Shown here piece by piece: positions 23,130 through 37,085 of a stretch of 64,000 bases of DNA. Position 1 is the stretch's first letter. Every line of letters starts with the position of its first letter. The position numbers and the translations under genes were made by a program. The stretch covers positions 25,668,001 through 25,732,000 of the forward strand of contig NC_043021.1 in assembly GCF_006345805.1 (NCBI RefSeq), given 5' to 3'. Under the pieces are notes generated by a model that searched no databases, had not been told where the DNA came from, and saw only the letters and a program-made list of their open reading frames with translations. The DNA is from Octopus sinensis (lineage: Eukaryota).

Positions 23130-24632
23130 TTTCTCAAAAGACAAAATGATGCAGAGGGGGAAACAAATTCAAGAGAAAATCTAGAGAAAATAATTTAGAA
23201 AAAGCCTATTGAATTAAAAAATCAAGTTGTCATTGACAAGGTGAATTGGTTGGAGACGTTGGGTCAATCTTCTGATAGCAAGGCTAAAAGCAGTTGTCAC
23301 TTGAGTTTTTAATATAGGTTTGGTGGTGGTGGTGGTGGTGACGGTGGTGGTGGTGGTGATAGTAGTGATTAGCTACAAGAGGAAACGGAGAGGAAAATGA
23401 AAATACAGAGCAACGACAATGAAAAACAGAAAAAGAGAGAGCACATGTGATAAAGAATAGAAAGAGTAAAATGTGGCAGATACATACATACACACACATA
23501 TATATATATATACACATACACCTACACATACAAAAATTAAAAATGTTAAGAATTAAGACTAGTAACAAAAATGAAATGAGTGAAGAGATCAGAAAGTCTG
23601 AAAAAAAGTAATTCTATAGAAACTGAGAAACCTGCCACCACCAAACCATCCACACACACATCCACACAAAATGACAAATCCACTTTATCAAAAGACAACA
23701 AACTATCTTACAGAAGAAAGAGAGAAAGAACAGAAAAGAAAGGAAAAATAAGGCCAATGGATTTATACAGATGCTTCTTTTAAACAGCGAAGACCAATCA
23801 TTCTTGGATGAAAGAAGATAATATTGAGATTATATAGAATGGACAGACGGATGCCTGCACTAAACCACTGCTGCCACCAATGTTGGTCGGTGATGAGTTT
23901 TTTGCTGTTGTTGGTTACTAATATCCTACAAAAATTTCCTTTAAGATCCCAGCAATCTTTTATCTCCCTTCTCTTTCTTGACTTATCCTCACTCTTTTAA
24001 ACATTAAGAGATAAAAACAGTGGCTCATTGCTGAGAACTGCAGTCTGATAAAAAAAAAAAAAACCATGCTGGTTTACAAGAGGAGAGTTTACAGTTCAGA
24101 GCTAACTCAGAAAGTTTCAGGTCAAGGAAAAAAAAAAAAAATAAAAACCAAAATGTCAACTACTCATGGCAGGCAGAAACACAGTAGTAGCAATGCAGAG
24201 AAAGAGAGAGACAGACAGACAGAGAGAGACTACATAAACTTCTTTTAAACACAATAACCAACAGTTTATGCAGTTCTCTTTCCTCTTCTTGTAGTTAAGT
24301 TTTTTTTTTGGTTTTTTCTTTAAGGGGAGGTGTTTTGGCATTGTTTTTAAAAAAAATGTCACTTAATTCAGTTTACATTCCATGCTTCAAAATAGTTTCA
24401 ATACTAGTTGCAAACATCATTGACTAAGCTTTTTCTCTTCTTTTCCCACCATCCCCTTTATTTGCCCACTATTACTGTACATTTAATTCTGCCACTGATC
24501 ACGTGACAGACAGAAAAGAAAAAAGTCCCCCCCACCCACCCATGTATTTGTAAAACATTAAAGATGGCCCAAAAGCTCATACAACTGGCCATTAAATACA
24601 AAAAAAAAAAAAAAAAATGGAGATCCAAGTCT

Positions 24633-24737
24633 TTACATTTTCCCTTTGCCCTTCACAGTCCCTCGGGGTGGAGTGACAGGTCGACCGGAATTCAAGCCTC
24701 CATATAAAAATTTCTTTTTATCAGCTGGTTTTAATAT
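24633..24737 (-). CDS. PPP1C: PP1 catalytic subunit, last coding exon 7 (105 nt; [34 protein letters not shown]-stop)
   Basis: Manual translation. Acceptor is ttctttgttccag|ATA. Contains the conserved ILKPA and TPPR (inhibitory CDK site) motifs. TAA at 24635-24633. Confidence 0.95.
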   Translation of the reverse strand: MLKPADKKKFLYGGLNSGRPVTPPRGTVKGKGKM

Positions 24738-25689
24738 CTGGAACAAAGAAAAAACAAAACAAAAACTTAATAAATAGGTAAAAATTGACATAACTGACAA
24801 AACAAAGTCTGGTGCTTTAGATTTTAATTAAAACGAGCTCAGCTTTTGTTGCTAGAAAATGAGTTATTAGCTAAACATTGTCAACCTCTGCACTTTGACA
24901 ATTGGCTCAATCAACGGACAATAACTTAAATATCTGGTCCCAAAGCCTGGTGTCAGCCTGATTCAGTTTACAGAAAGAGTACAAGAAAAGAAGCTAGGAA
25001 ATATTAGAGCCAAGAGAGAGTCCAAACATCTCAACTTGATCCACACCAAAAGTAAGAATAATGACAGACAGAACTGTGATTGGTAGAGATGAAAAGTAAC
25101 ATGGCTTTCAAAGAACAATTCATTATCCATCATCGTATATTCTCAAAAAACTTGGTGGTAATACGGTATGATGGCTTATAAATGGATTCCGATTCCAAAA
25201 ATATGAAAAATCCCCAAAGCAGTTGGTTGACCATCTTTTTTCTCTTTCCAATTGGGGTAGCCATGTTCCTCCTCTACCACAAGGCATGTTCCTGTCCTTC
25301 TTTCCAACTTTAGCCTCACACCTGGTATAAAGCCAACTCCCTCAATACCAGAGCCCCACTAAGTTGAGGGGTCTTATCTTGCAAGTCACTTGGTGACCCC
25401 ACTACTGCTGGTGACATGCAAAATGGACCCAGTGCACTGTTGTAAAGTGGTTGGAATTAGGAAGGGCATCCAACAGGCCAAAGCAGACAGGAGAGCTAGC
25501 TCACTGCAGCAGCTGCTGGCTTGTTTGGATCCCGTTGAACCATCCAGTCCATGCCAAGATGAAAGATGATGATTTTTAACTAAAAATAGACTGTTCATTT
25601 AATTTTCCTTTAAAAAGACAAAAATAAATAAGTGAAATAATAAAAAAAAATTTTTTTTTTAAAGTAACAACAGCATTTGAAACCAATCA

Positions 25690-25830
<141 letters not shown>

Positions 25831-26330
25831 CTAAAAGATACAAGGACAGGAGCTTTGAATTTGTGAATGACAAGTAGCTTTTCAATAACTGATAAACAAA
25901 AATCAATTCTGATGATGATTTATAACCAGAACTAATTATTAAATACAAATCACTTCCAGAAAATATTTCACATCATTACTGAAATAACCGTGAAATTTAA
26001 TTTTGCAGTGAAAGGGTTAAAATATTGGAAGAAAATATTAAAATTTTATAGCAACAAGAATTCCCTTAATAAAAAAAAAAAAAAAAAAATAAGATCAAGA
26101 GGAAGACAGAACACAAAATACCCATCCAATGCCATTATCGTTATATCTTCAGATAATGAATTACAAATAAAGGATTCCATGGTACACGGTCAAGAATACA
26201 ATGACCAAACCACGTGAAATGTAGAGGTAAATATTTAAAACTTGTTTTATCGAACAATTGTATGTCTCAATATAGTTTACACAGTTAAGAGATAATTCAG
26301 GATTAATAAATTAAAAATAAAGTTCTATAT

Positions 26331-26509
26331 CAGTGCTTTTCAAACTTTTTGCTGGAGCAGAACCCCAAGGAAACATTCCACTGGCTCGAGCAACCCCTGT
26401 GCAATAATTTAATAGTCTTATGCACACATATCTGCACAGGAGAATTAAAAATTACTGCCGATTTTAGCAGTTTTGTAACTTCTTGCGGAACCCTGGTTGA
26501 AAACCACTG
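26331..26509. mobile_element. hAT-type MITE (179 bp), same family as 60277-60553
   Basis: TIRs CAGTGCTTTTCAA and TTGAAAACCACTG. Shares the subterminal tcttgcggaaccc.ggttga. TSD not recognisable. Confidence 0.8.
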
Positions 26510-27178
26510 CTCACTACAAACCATACTCACGGTTAACGAATGTAAATAAAATAAAAACTGTCTACGCGTGAGCTCAATATCTGAGAGAAACCGTATTATG
26601 TAATTGTACGTGCTGCTGTTGCATGTTTTGTTATGTTATTACTAATGTCCGTGTGTTGCCTATGACGCACTGGCAGAACACCGGAGAGGAGCCAGATAAT
26701 CAATATCAATTAAATATCAATACTTTGCCTACTTATCATTAATAAATTACTTCAATCAAGTAAAACAGTGGAAAATGCTCAAAGTGTTGTCTAATTCAGA
26801 CACTGTTAAAACCAAGGTCAGCTGTAAGAATGATGATGATCAATTATTAATGGCTGCAGTGTTGATAAATTATTAATTGCGCTATTTTAAGTAACGATTT
26901 TATAATAAATGAATTTGTATATAAATTTTACAAATTTACAATTTACTTTTGTTTCAGGCTGGGAGCCCACCATGAACACTTTTATAAACTATTCTGTCAC
27001 TATACTAGCAAATCAGTATCGTTTGAAACAGCCCCCATTTTGATACTGGCACTATGTAACATAGAAATCCACGCTAACCATTGTTTATAGGAAATTGTTC
27101 TAAGCATGCCAAATATATGCTCCAAGTCCAAAACACACACACAACTCAAAAGAGAGGATAAAGAAATACAATGGTTTA

Positions 27179-27532
<354 letters not shown>

Positions 27533-27985
27533 TCACTAATGTACAAACACAAAGATACTTTTACTGCTCAGCAATGAGAAATTAAATCAAAAATTTGAAA
27601 AAAGAAAATCATGACTTAATTCCAGTAAAACGTCTTCAGTTTTAACTTTGATACAGACATTGTTGACAGGTGAACAAATTAATTTTGACTCCACCTGTCA
27701 TGCTTTACAATAGAAAAAGTATTATAACGTAAAACCAATTCCGTTAAAAAATATTTGAACATCCTAATTTAGAGTCCTACATCATTAAGTTTACTGGTAT
27801 TTAATGTTGAAAGGAATAAAGAAAACAATTAGAACACAATCTGGACTAAATTATTCTTAGGTACCAAATTCAGATATTGTGAAATATGATAACTGAAGTT
27901 ATTACCATTTTGCCAAATTATATAATTCTCAACCATCACACAATGAAACCAACAAATTTACCAACAACAACAACAATAATAATAA

Positions 27986-28325
27986 TCCTTTCTACCCCGA
28001 AAGGATGAAAGGCAAAGTCGACCATGGCACAATTTGAACTCAGAATGTAAAGACAGTCAAAATACCACTAAGCATTTTGCCCAGTGTGCTAACGATTTTG
28101 CCAGCTTGACACCTTAATAATAATAATAATAATAATCATCATCATCATTAGCACACCAGGCAAAATGCTTAGCAGCGATTCGTCCATCTTTACGTTGTGA
28201 GTTCAAATTCCACCAAGGTCAACTTTGCTCTTCATCCTTTCAGGGTTGATAAAATAAGGACCAGTCGAGCCGATGTAATTAACACCCCCCCAAAGCTGCT
28301 GGCCTTGTGCCAAAATTTGCAAATT
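27986..28325. mobile_element. Head-to-head pair of SINE-B copies (27986-28115 minus, 28146-28325 plus) in PP1 intron 4
   Basis: Both carry gagttcaaatt...ctttgc..ttcatcctttc.gggt and are separated by (TAA)n(CAT)n. Confidence 0.85.
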
Positions 28326-29346
28326 GTTTTGCGCTATTTCATTTTCCTAATTTTTCAAATGTTGCTGAGGCTTTACTTTTAATCGCTTGTCATTAAAAAG
28401 CCACACACGGAGATCAACTGCCCAAACTACTCTTGTATAACTGAGATTTCTGGCGATGCATGAAATTACCATCATTGTTAGAACATTTGTAAAAGTGAAG
28501 CTGAAAACAAAATTCGTAAACCTCCACAGTGAAAGTATATCCTCCTCCCCCTCCTCCATATAACAACTCTATCTTACTTTATTCATACACACAAAACAAA
28601 AAAAAGTGTTTATGTACTGCAAGACTGAACAAGAGGAAATATCAGAAACAAACAAAGGAAAATCTTAAGTAATTATGAATCTAGGCAAATATATGACTAA
28701 AGTACATGACCTCAATAAGCTATCAACAAATAATAGTCTATATAGGAGCTTATTATGATTTATTAAAAATTTAGAAGATATTGGCACATGACACTGAAAT
28801 AAAATATAAAGAAGTGCACGCCAAGGGAGTCTAGGTAGAGGTCGTGCACAGGTTGATAATTAAGGGGTTCAGAAGTCAACCAGAGGGCTGTTAATATATG
28901 ATGCAGTCTAGAGTAGCTGTCCAAGTGTAATATGGGGATCATGTTGAATCTCTGTAAAGGGGTCAGAAACTGGTCAATAAAAAGTCGTTTTGATAAATGG
29001 TTTGTGGTTGCCTGGAAATTCCACAATGCAAATTATAACATTTACACCAACTTCAAAGATCTTAGCTCTGTTCTTTATGCTTCAGAAAGACTTGCATCTT
29101 GGTGTAGCAGCTCTAACGGAAAAAAAAACTAACCAACGAAACATTTGAAATAGCAAATACGACTTTTAAGTAGGTAGCGATCTTATTTAATAAGTGATTA
29201 TGTCACTAGCAAGAAAAAAATGCTCACATTCTAAAAAGCCTGCTATTTAACAGATTACATAACTGATCTGTCTCATTAATGGATGATTACAACAAAATAT
29301 AGAACATCATTAAATATCAAAGACAATAAAATGTCCTTGGAATTTA

Positions 29347-29577
<231 letters not shown>

Positions 29578-32500
29578 TTATCAGAGAGAATTAAATTCAG
29601 TCAGATTTTCTATGACCAAATGCTCTTCCTATCACCAATATTCACCTGTTTCCAAGCAAGGTAGTATTCCCACAGAGCTGGACATGCTTTTCATAAAAGA
29701 CTAGAAACACTTGAATAACAATGGTACTCATCTACAACTATCATGTGATATTTCAGTTTTCATCTACTAAGTTCATTCAAAGCTTTGGTCGATCTAGAGC
29801 CCAAGGTCCCATACAAAGGAACAATGTAATTGGGAAGCAAATTTCATGGTAAAGCTCCCCCCACAACAAAAACTTGGCAGAATTTGAAAACAAAGCAACA
29901 CAAAAAAACAAAAAAACAAAAAAAACAAAAACATTCGTGAGAGAAATCATTGAAAAGTTTTCAAAGAGATTAAATCCATTTTAGTCCAATTCTATAATGA
30001 CCTATTTACACACAAAATTCTATTTAGGAAGTGCTGTTCATTTTGGACTAATATAGACAGCTGTCTTTCGTCGCCTCCAAATGCTGGAATTTCTGTCTGA
30101 GCAAAATCTAGAGAGTCTAAAGTCACCATTTAGAAGCTAGTGGGCTAGTAGTGGGCTTGTTGAATTTGAAAAACTTGTTCCACTTTCGTTTTTTCTATTC
30201 CATTCCACCCCACCACTTCATATATATTTCCTTCTTTGGGCATTTTAAACCTGGTTTAATTCCCTCTGTATCTCTGAACACTCGATTTCTTCCAGAGAGA
30301 CAGTAGAGGAAAAAAAAAACTGGCTCAGGTACCTAGAAAGAACGAAAGGCAAAGTTGACTTAAGAGCAATTTGAATAAACCCCAAAACATACTGATCTGA
30401 CATTAATGACTTTCAATTAATTTACATATTGTTAATTGGTATTTGTATATGACTGTTATTATAAAAGCAGATATCAAACGTTTCTCTCACTTGGTTTAAT
30501 TTAGTACAAATATAATTGATTAAAGTTTTGGTTCGACATTGAGTAGCTTTAAAGTTGTTACAGAACACTGATAGGATTAAAATAACTTCTTTTTTTTTAA
30601 ATTAAAAAAGTTTTTTTTTTATTACTTTTAACTGATAATCAGAATAAAAATATGTAGGTATGTATTTGTTGTCAAAGCTGAGTGAGGAACTGTCCTAGCC
30701 AGAGACAACAACACTAACAGCTCCCAGTCAGGGGTTATGATGAGCATTGAAGGAAAGGGGCATCCAACACTAATTCTTGCTCAATATTTAAACCTTTCCT
30801 CACCATATTTCTAACTGAAAGCTTTTGGATAAAAATAGTCCCAAAGGTCAGGAGAATACAAAATTCACATCATAAAAATGTCAACAATAGTAAAATAAAC
30901 ATTTATCGCATGAAATCACATTATCAATGGTGAAGTAATGAGATTCACGACAATATTTTGAATTAGTTTATGAATAGGTAGCCTCAGGTAGTTTAGTCAC
31001 GAAAGGGCTATTGACCGATCAAATTCATGAAATATAATCTGTGCATAGAATCACAACAGAAATTGTTCAACGAGAGGGGGGGGGGAGCATGTTTAGTTGA
31101 AGTGAAATTTCATTTCACATTCCTAAAATGTTGAGGCACAAGCAAGGAAAAATTGCTTGAGAAAAAGAAAGCTTACTACTTTCATTTCCTTTGCCCCTCC
31201 CCAGGAGATGATTATTTCTACCAGGGTAGCATTGCTGGCACAAATACTGTAGGAATTAATAAGTTGTTGAATGAAGACTTATAAAGACCATGGTTTCTGT
31301 TGGGGCTTGTTTATTTCCCTGTTATGCATGTTGTCCCCCATTTTTGGTGTCCCTTAAACATTATTTTCTCCAGTAATTCTATTTGGAGAGGAACTTAATT
31401 TCCATGGGTACATCCCACATTAGATTGATTAACTCTGGTCTCATTACCAATTATTGAATCAACAACATATAGTTAAACATATTGTTTTTCATCCCTTGGT
31501 TGAAAATGCAAGGATAAACTTGCCTATACATTCTAAAACTGGGAACTCAACCATCTGAGCCTTCATTAAAAACAAGCTGTAGGGTCTAAGGTTCTAAAAA
31601 CTGAAATGAAGTTGACCTGGCAGGTTCATATTGTTTCAGTCATTATTAAATATGTCATCATTGGTTTCCCCAACAACAAAATGGTCTGCTCCACAAATCT
31701 GACCTAATTCTATATTGGAAAGATGTACAATATTTGTTTCAGAAAATTTTAAGCTATTACATCTGGCCATGCATGCTCGCCTCATCGTCTCCTGACATTT
31801 CAATCACCTTTTGATTTCCTTTGTCTAAGATGTCTTTGTTATTTAGTTTCATTTTCAAATCTTTGTCTTAGATTCTCAGCCTCTTCCCCAAAACCAGAGT
31901 CCTATTAACAAATCCTAATGCCATTCATTATCTAATTTCTTTCCTTCTTTACACTCTGCATCTCGTCTTCTCATTTCTTCTCTTCAATTACCAGTCGTCT
32001 GCATTCACATGTATCTCTGCCTGCTTCTCTTCTCATCTGAGCTTCACATTTCTTGAGATTGGCTGAGTATCTTCAACTTGTCTCGCTGCACAACACCTAT
32101 CCACTTTTCCAGGATATCTTTCACACATTAGCGATCTTCAATCATTTCCATCCTGTGTCTGTTTAATGAAACTCTGTCCCCTCCTTTTACATCTCCACTC
32201 ACTCTTTTACTTCAAATAGCATTTTACTTTTCTTTCACTCACAAGTATTTTCATTAATTTAACACACACACACACACACACACTCTCTCTCTCTCTCTCC
32301 TTCTGATGTTGTTGCCATATTTCTCCATGCACCATCATTTAGCCTGCTTCACACTGGATCTCTCTTTTCAATCCTCTGTTCTCTAGCATTTCATTGTATT
32401 AAAAAATTAGAAAATCAACAGGAGACTAATTTTATATTAATATGAAAGAGTAAACTGCTCGGGGGAAACAGCATTAAATTGTCAGTCTCTTTTTACCCTG

Positions 32501-33782
32501 TTACCTCAAAGGCCATCCCTAGTTGCAGGTTACCAAAGCATCTAAACTTACTTCTGCATATTTGAATTGAAATGTTTATGTCAATTCATATCTGATATTG
32601 TTACAGTGAGTTTAATGTTCTGAGAATTTTAAGAAGCAGCAAACACGAAAAGAACTCAGACTCTGCAGCAGGTGTTTCAATTTCTAACAGTAGAGAGCAC
32701 ACATCAGTGATGAATTGATTCCAGTCCAAAATTTCCAGCAGATATACAAATCAATCCTCATGCCCCTCAATTTTGCCAGGCTCTGTTTTCCACCAATTCA
32801 AGTGTTCACAAGTAACAACCGACACTAATTGTTTGTTTGCACAAACAAGAAAAGAGGGCAAACTTGATGAATTTAGGTCATTTATAGTCATAAATACAAC
32901 ACTAGCCAGTCAAAACTGTTGTAAATTTTATAAAATACTTTATCTTCAAATTCATCAAGTTTTCAATTACACACGCGAATCACTTACAAAGTGTCACATT
33001 CATTTTAAGTGAATGTGGATTTATTTCAATTTAGTTTTCTTCAAATGTTTTCATATTTTATAGTATTTTGTGTTATTTTTAACTGTACCTTATACCTATT
33101 TTAGAATTCACTCACATTCAATTGAAAATCCAGTGCTGTGCACAATTCCATTATATATCTCAACTGAATATTAGTTAAGGCCTATATATGGTGATATTTA
33201 ATTTAAATTTTGACAACTTTCACATTTCACTGAATTTACCTGTAATTAGAGTAATTTTGGGACAAAACTTCAATAGATTATTTATCTGAGAACCTTTTGT
33301 TAAGCTGTGTTCTAAACAGCACATTAATATATCAATAAACACCAAAAAAATTATAATCTTTTATTAAAACTTTCTAAAATATGTCACCTATTAGTTTCAA
33401 ATGATTTCTAAAATATTTCTTAACACTATTTTTTTCTCTCATTGATATAGAAATGTGAACTTAAATTTTGTTTAATCCTTTCATTATCAACCCACATGAA
33501 AATTTATTTTGGCTCATAATAACTAAACTATCCTAAATAACCCAGTCACATTTAAATGAGTAACTTTGACATAAATCTTGTTTTCACACCTGTGGGAACT
33601 GCTTTACATTGTCAAACTGTTTGTAACATGAAATTTGCATTTTCCAAATTTTGGATATCCCCCCCGCTTCCCACCCCATTGTAAGTAACTATTAAATTTC
33701 TGCAAACTTTTTACAGAAAAAAATGACCAGTTTCACATTCACTTGTAGGGATTCTGAATTTAATATGTATACATATATATGT

Positions 33783-33815
<33 letters not shown>

Positions 33816-33818
<3 letters not shown>

Positions 33819-33880
33819 TAGCAGTATCGCCTGGCGTTGCTCGGGTTTGTAAGGGAAATAACTATATAAGCATTTTTAGA
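33816..33880 (+). mobile_element. Possible Helitron-type 5' end
   Basis: TACTAGCAGTATCGCCTGGCGTTGCTCGGG follows directly on a (TA)n tract and resembles the ACTAG...CCCGGC..TGC.CGG starts of invertebrate Helitron-like elements. Confidence 0.4.
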
Positions 33881-33884
33881 GATC

Positions 33885-34030
33885 TCAATATGTAGCTTTT
33901 GTAGCATTGAGAGTTTGATGATGTGATTTTAGATTTTCAAAATGACATTGTAGGGCAGGTTGAGAGGCATGATCTGACCAGTTTGAACATAAAACAGAGA
34001 GAATATTTGGGTTGGATATGGATGGATTAA
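33885..34030 (-). mobile_element. TTAA MITE family 1 copy (partial)
   Basis: The reverse complement reads ccatatccaacccaaatattctctctgttttatgttcaaac...cctacaatgtcatt, matching 15355-15440. Confidence 0.65.
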
Positions 34031-34445
34031 AGTGACAAATATTTATATATTGGTGAATTGGTGTGAGTATGTGTGTGCTTGTTTGTATTTATTTCATTCT
34101 GTAGCTTTCTTCTTCAACCATAAATTTCAGTATTTTGAGTTCATTTACCTTTATGGTACAACTGGGAGACAAAATGAGCCAAAGCAACAAGGGTATGTCA
34201 CTGGTGAGGTCACAAACACCAACAAAGGACAAACAAATCAGCTGTTTGATCCAACAGTTAATCAAGATAGCAATTAATTAATTGGTCAACTAGTTGACTA
34301 ACAATAAGTGAAATAGACCCTCTGTGTGTGTGCATGCTGCTTATTGATAAAATGACCTTCAAGATTCAAAACTTTTTCTCACATCAAGAACATTGCAAAC
34401 AATACAAAAACAAAATTTTGTATTTATACACACACAGCTATATAT

Positions 34446-34839
34446 ACTCTTTTACTTGTTTCAGTCATTTGGCTGTGGCCATGCTGGAGCACCGCCTTTA
34501 GTCGAGCAAATCGACCCCGGGACTTACTCTTTGTAAGCCCAGTACTTATTCTATCGGTTTCTTTTGCTGAACCGCTAAGTGACGGGGACGTAAACACACC
34601 AGCATTGGTTGTCAAGCAATGCTAGGGGGACAAACACACACACACACACATATATATATACACACATACACATATACGACAGGCTTCTTTCAGTTTCCAT
34701 CTACCAAATCCACTCACAAGGCATTGGTCGGCCTGGGGCTATAGCAGAAGACACTTGCCCAAGATGCCACGCAGTGGGACTGAGCCCGGAACCATGTGGT
34801 TGGTTAGCAAGCTACTTACCACACAGCCACTCCTGCACC
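34446..34839 (-). mobile_element. Full-length SINE family A in PP1 intron 3
   Basis: Reverse complement aligns end to end with 18892-19273. Confidence 0.9.
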
Positions 34840-36346
34840 TAATTATATATATATAATTAAAATTAATATTTGTTTAATAGAAATATTAACTGATGCAATC
34901 TTCTCTGCAGAATGCCATTTTGCAAAGCTGTTTCAGCTGACCATCCACAGGAAGCTTTCTTTTTCTGAATTTGGCATCTTCCAACAGTTGATTTTCCACC
35001 ACCCCACCTTTTTAACGAAGGACAAGCTGAATTTAAAGAGATAACCCCCACCCCCATTGTAGTTTTTGTTTTCCCTTCAGATTATGTTGCAATATCAGCC
35101 CAAAATTGCAAACGATTACATTGCATTTGAGCCCCTTGTGATTTAGTATTGAACCTTATATTACACATGTAACACACCCACTTGCATAACTCATTGCACC
35201 AGGGTTTAAATGCCTCAAAGAATAATGCAAGATCATGAACATTGAAGGAAGAAGTGGATAGAAAATTAATTCATTTCTTGTTTTTGCATGCAGACATTGT
35301 CTTTTCTGTTATTCGATTATTTCATAGTCAACTGTAGTTTCTATTTGCGAACATTGTGCCACACATTCTAAGTCAGTATGTTTCACCAAACTGAAAGACC
35401 AGTAAAATAAAAAGAATGCCTTGCTTCTGGTATGCAAGTGATCATTTCTCCCTCATGCTGACATGCTTTGCTGTTTTTATTTCCTATATAAATATTAAAC
35501 TCAGAATAGTACACAGTGGTTGCCCTACAAATCATACATAATCCCAAACTCCATTTCGTGAGCTTACATGTCATATATTGATGGGAATATATCCAACTGC
35601 CATTTCCAAGATGGACAATAGCCTAACAGCTATTTGTCAATGGACAATCTTCTGATTGGTTGGTAATAAGATTTAAATGTCCTCTATACAGTGTCAAGGA
35701 GTCATATTTTAACTAACGATGCTGCTTCCATATTCTGGTATATGCAAATACTGATACAGACTTAAAAACTATTCTGATATTGGAAACACTGAGGTCACTC
35801 AAGAAGAATCTAGGTTTCAGTAGCTGGTGACCCTGGGTAACTTCCTACAATAACATCATCATCATCAACATCCATTGACCCCAATATTATAGTTACTATC
35901 ATGAAAATAAAAATTTGAAAAATTTTTTAATTATCAAAGAGTGCACAAGGCCACAGCCTGTCTTTCTATATGTCCTGCATAACAACTTGTTTGTAAAGCT
36001 ATCCAGTGGGGGGAACATTTCAATACAGAAAATATAATAAGTCCTTTTGTTGCAAGAGTAAAATGTAATACTAAAAAATAATGTCAAAAATACCCATCCC
36101 ACCACAAAAAAACAGAAAATTCTAGAAAACACATTTCACATTAACGCAAGACAATTATACATCAAGTAATTAGTAAAAGCACAACACCTTCACTAACACT
36201 ACTATGTTAGTGAAGATGTGATTTCACTATTTATTATGAATAGCTAATTACAGGCAACATTGAGCAGGTTAATAATGAGTTAAAGAAATTTATTTACACT
36301 CTCATAATAAACCCAGAGCAGAAATATATAATTTTTTTTCTTTTTA

Positions 36347-36814
<468 letters not shown>

Positions 36815-37033
36815 TTAGAGGCTTTTTAAAAGTCTGTGAAATAAATACATCAATTATTGTTAAATATATTTTAGTTAATCATTTGTCCTAATAACTATAT
36901 GGTCTTCTAACTACACACAACAGCATCCAGATTAGCTGCAATTGACTAAGGAGGTGTCATCCACTGAGTCTCCAGATGCAAAAACCAGAACCCAGAATTC
37001 TTATTAAACTAGTTCAGTATGAGTGAGAGTTTG

Positions 37034-37034
<1 letters not shown>

Positions 37035-37083
<49 letters not shown>
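37035..37083. repeat. (CA)n microsatellite; other simple repeats at 2366-2430 (TA), 12765-12880 (GA), 32262-32298 (CA)(CT), 33767-33816 (TA), 48335-48400 (CA)(TA), 23320-23358 (GGT)
   Basis: Seen directly. Confidence 0.95.

Positions 37084-37085
<2 letters not shown>

Noticed and set aside
23860-23925. Possible alternative PP1 last exon (tag|DISNQQQQKTHHRPTLVAAVV-stop), by analogy with PP1-gamma2
   Set aside because: The acceptor has a purine-rich upstream tract, exon 7 has no good internal donor after TPPR, and skipping exon 7 would delete the conserved ILKP strand. Kept only as something to check in RNA-seq.
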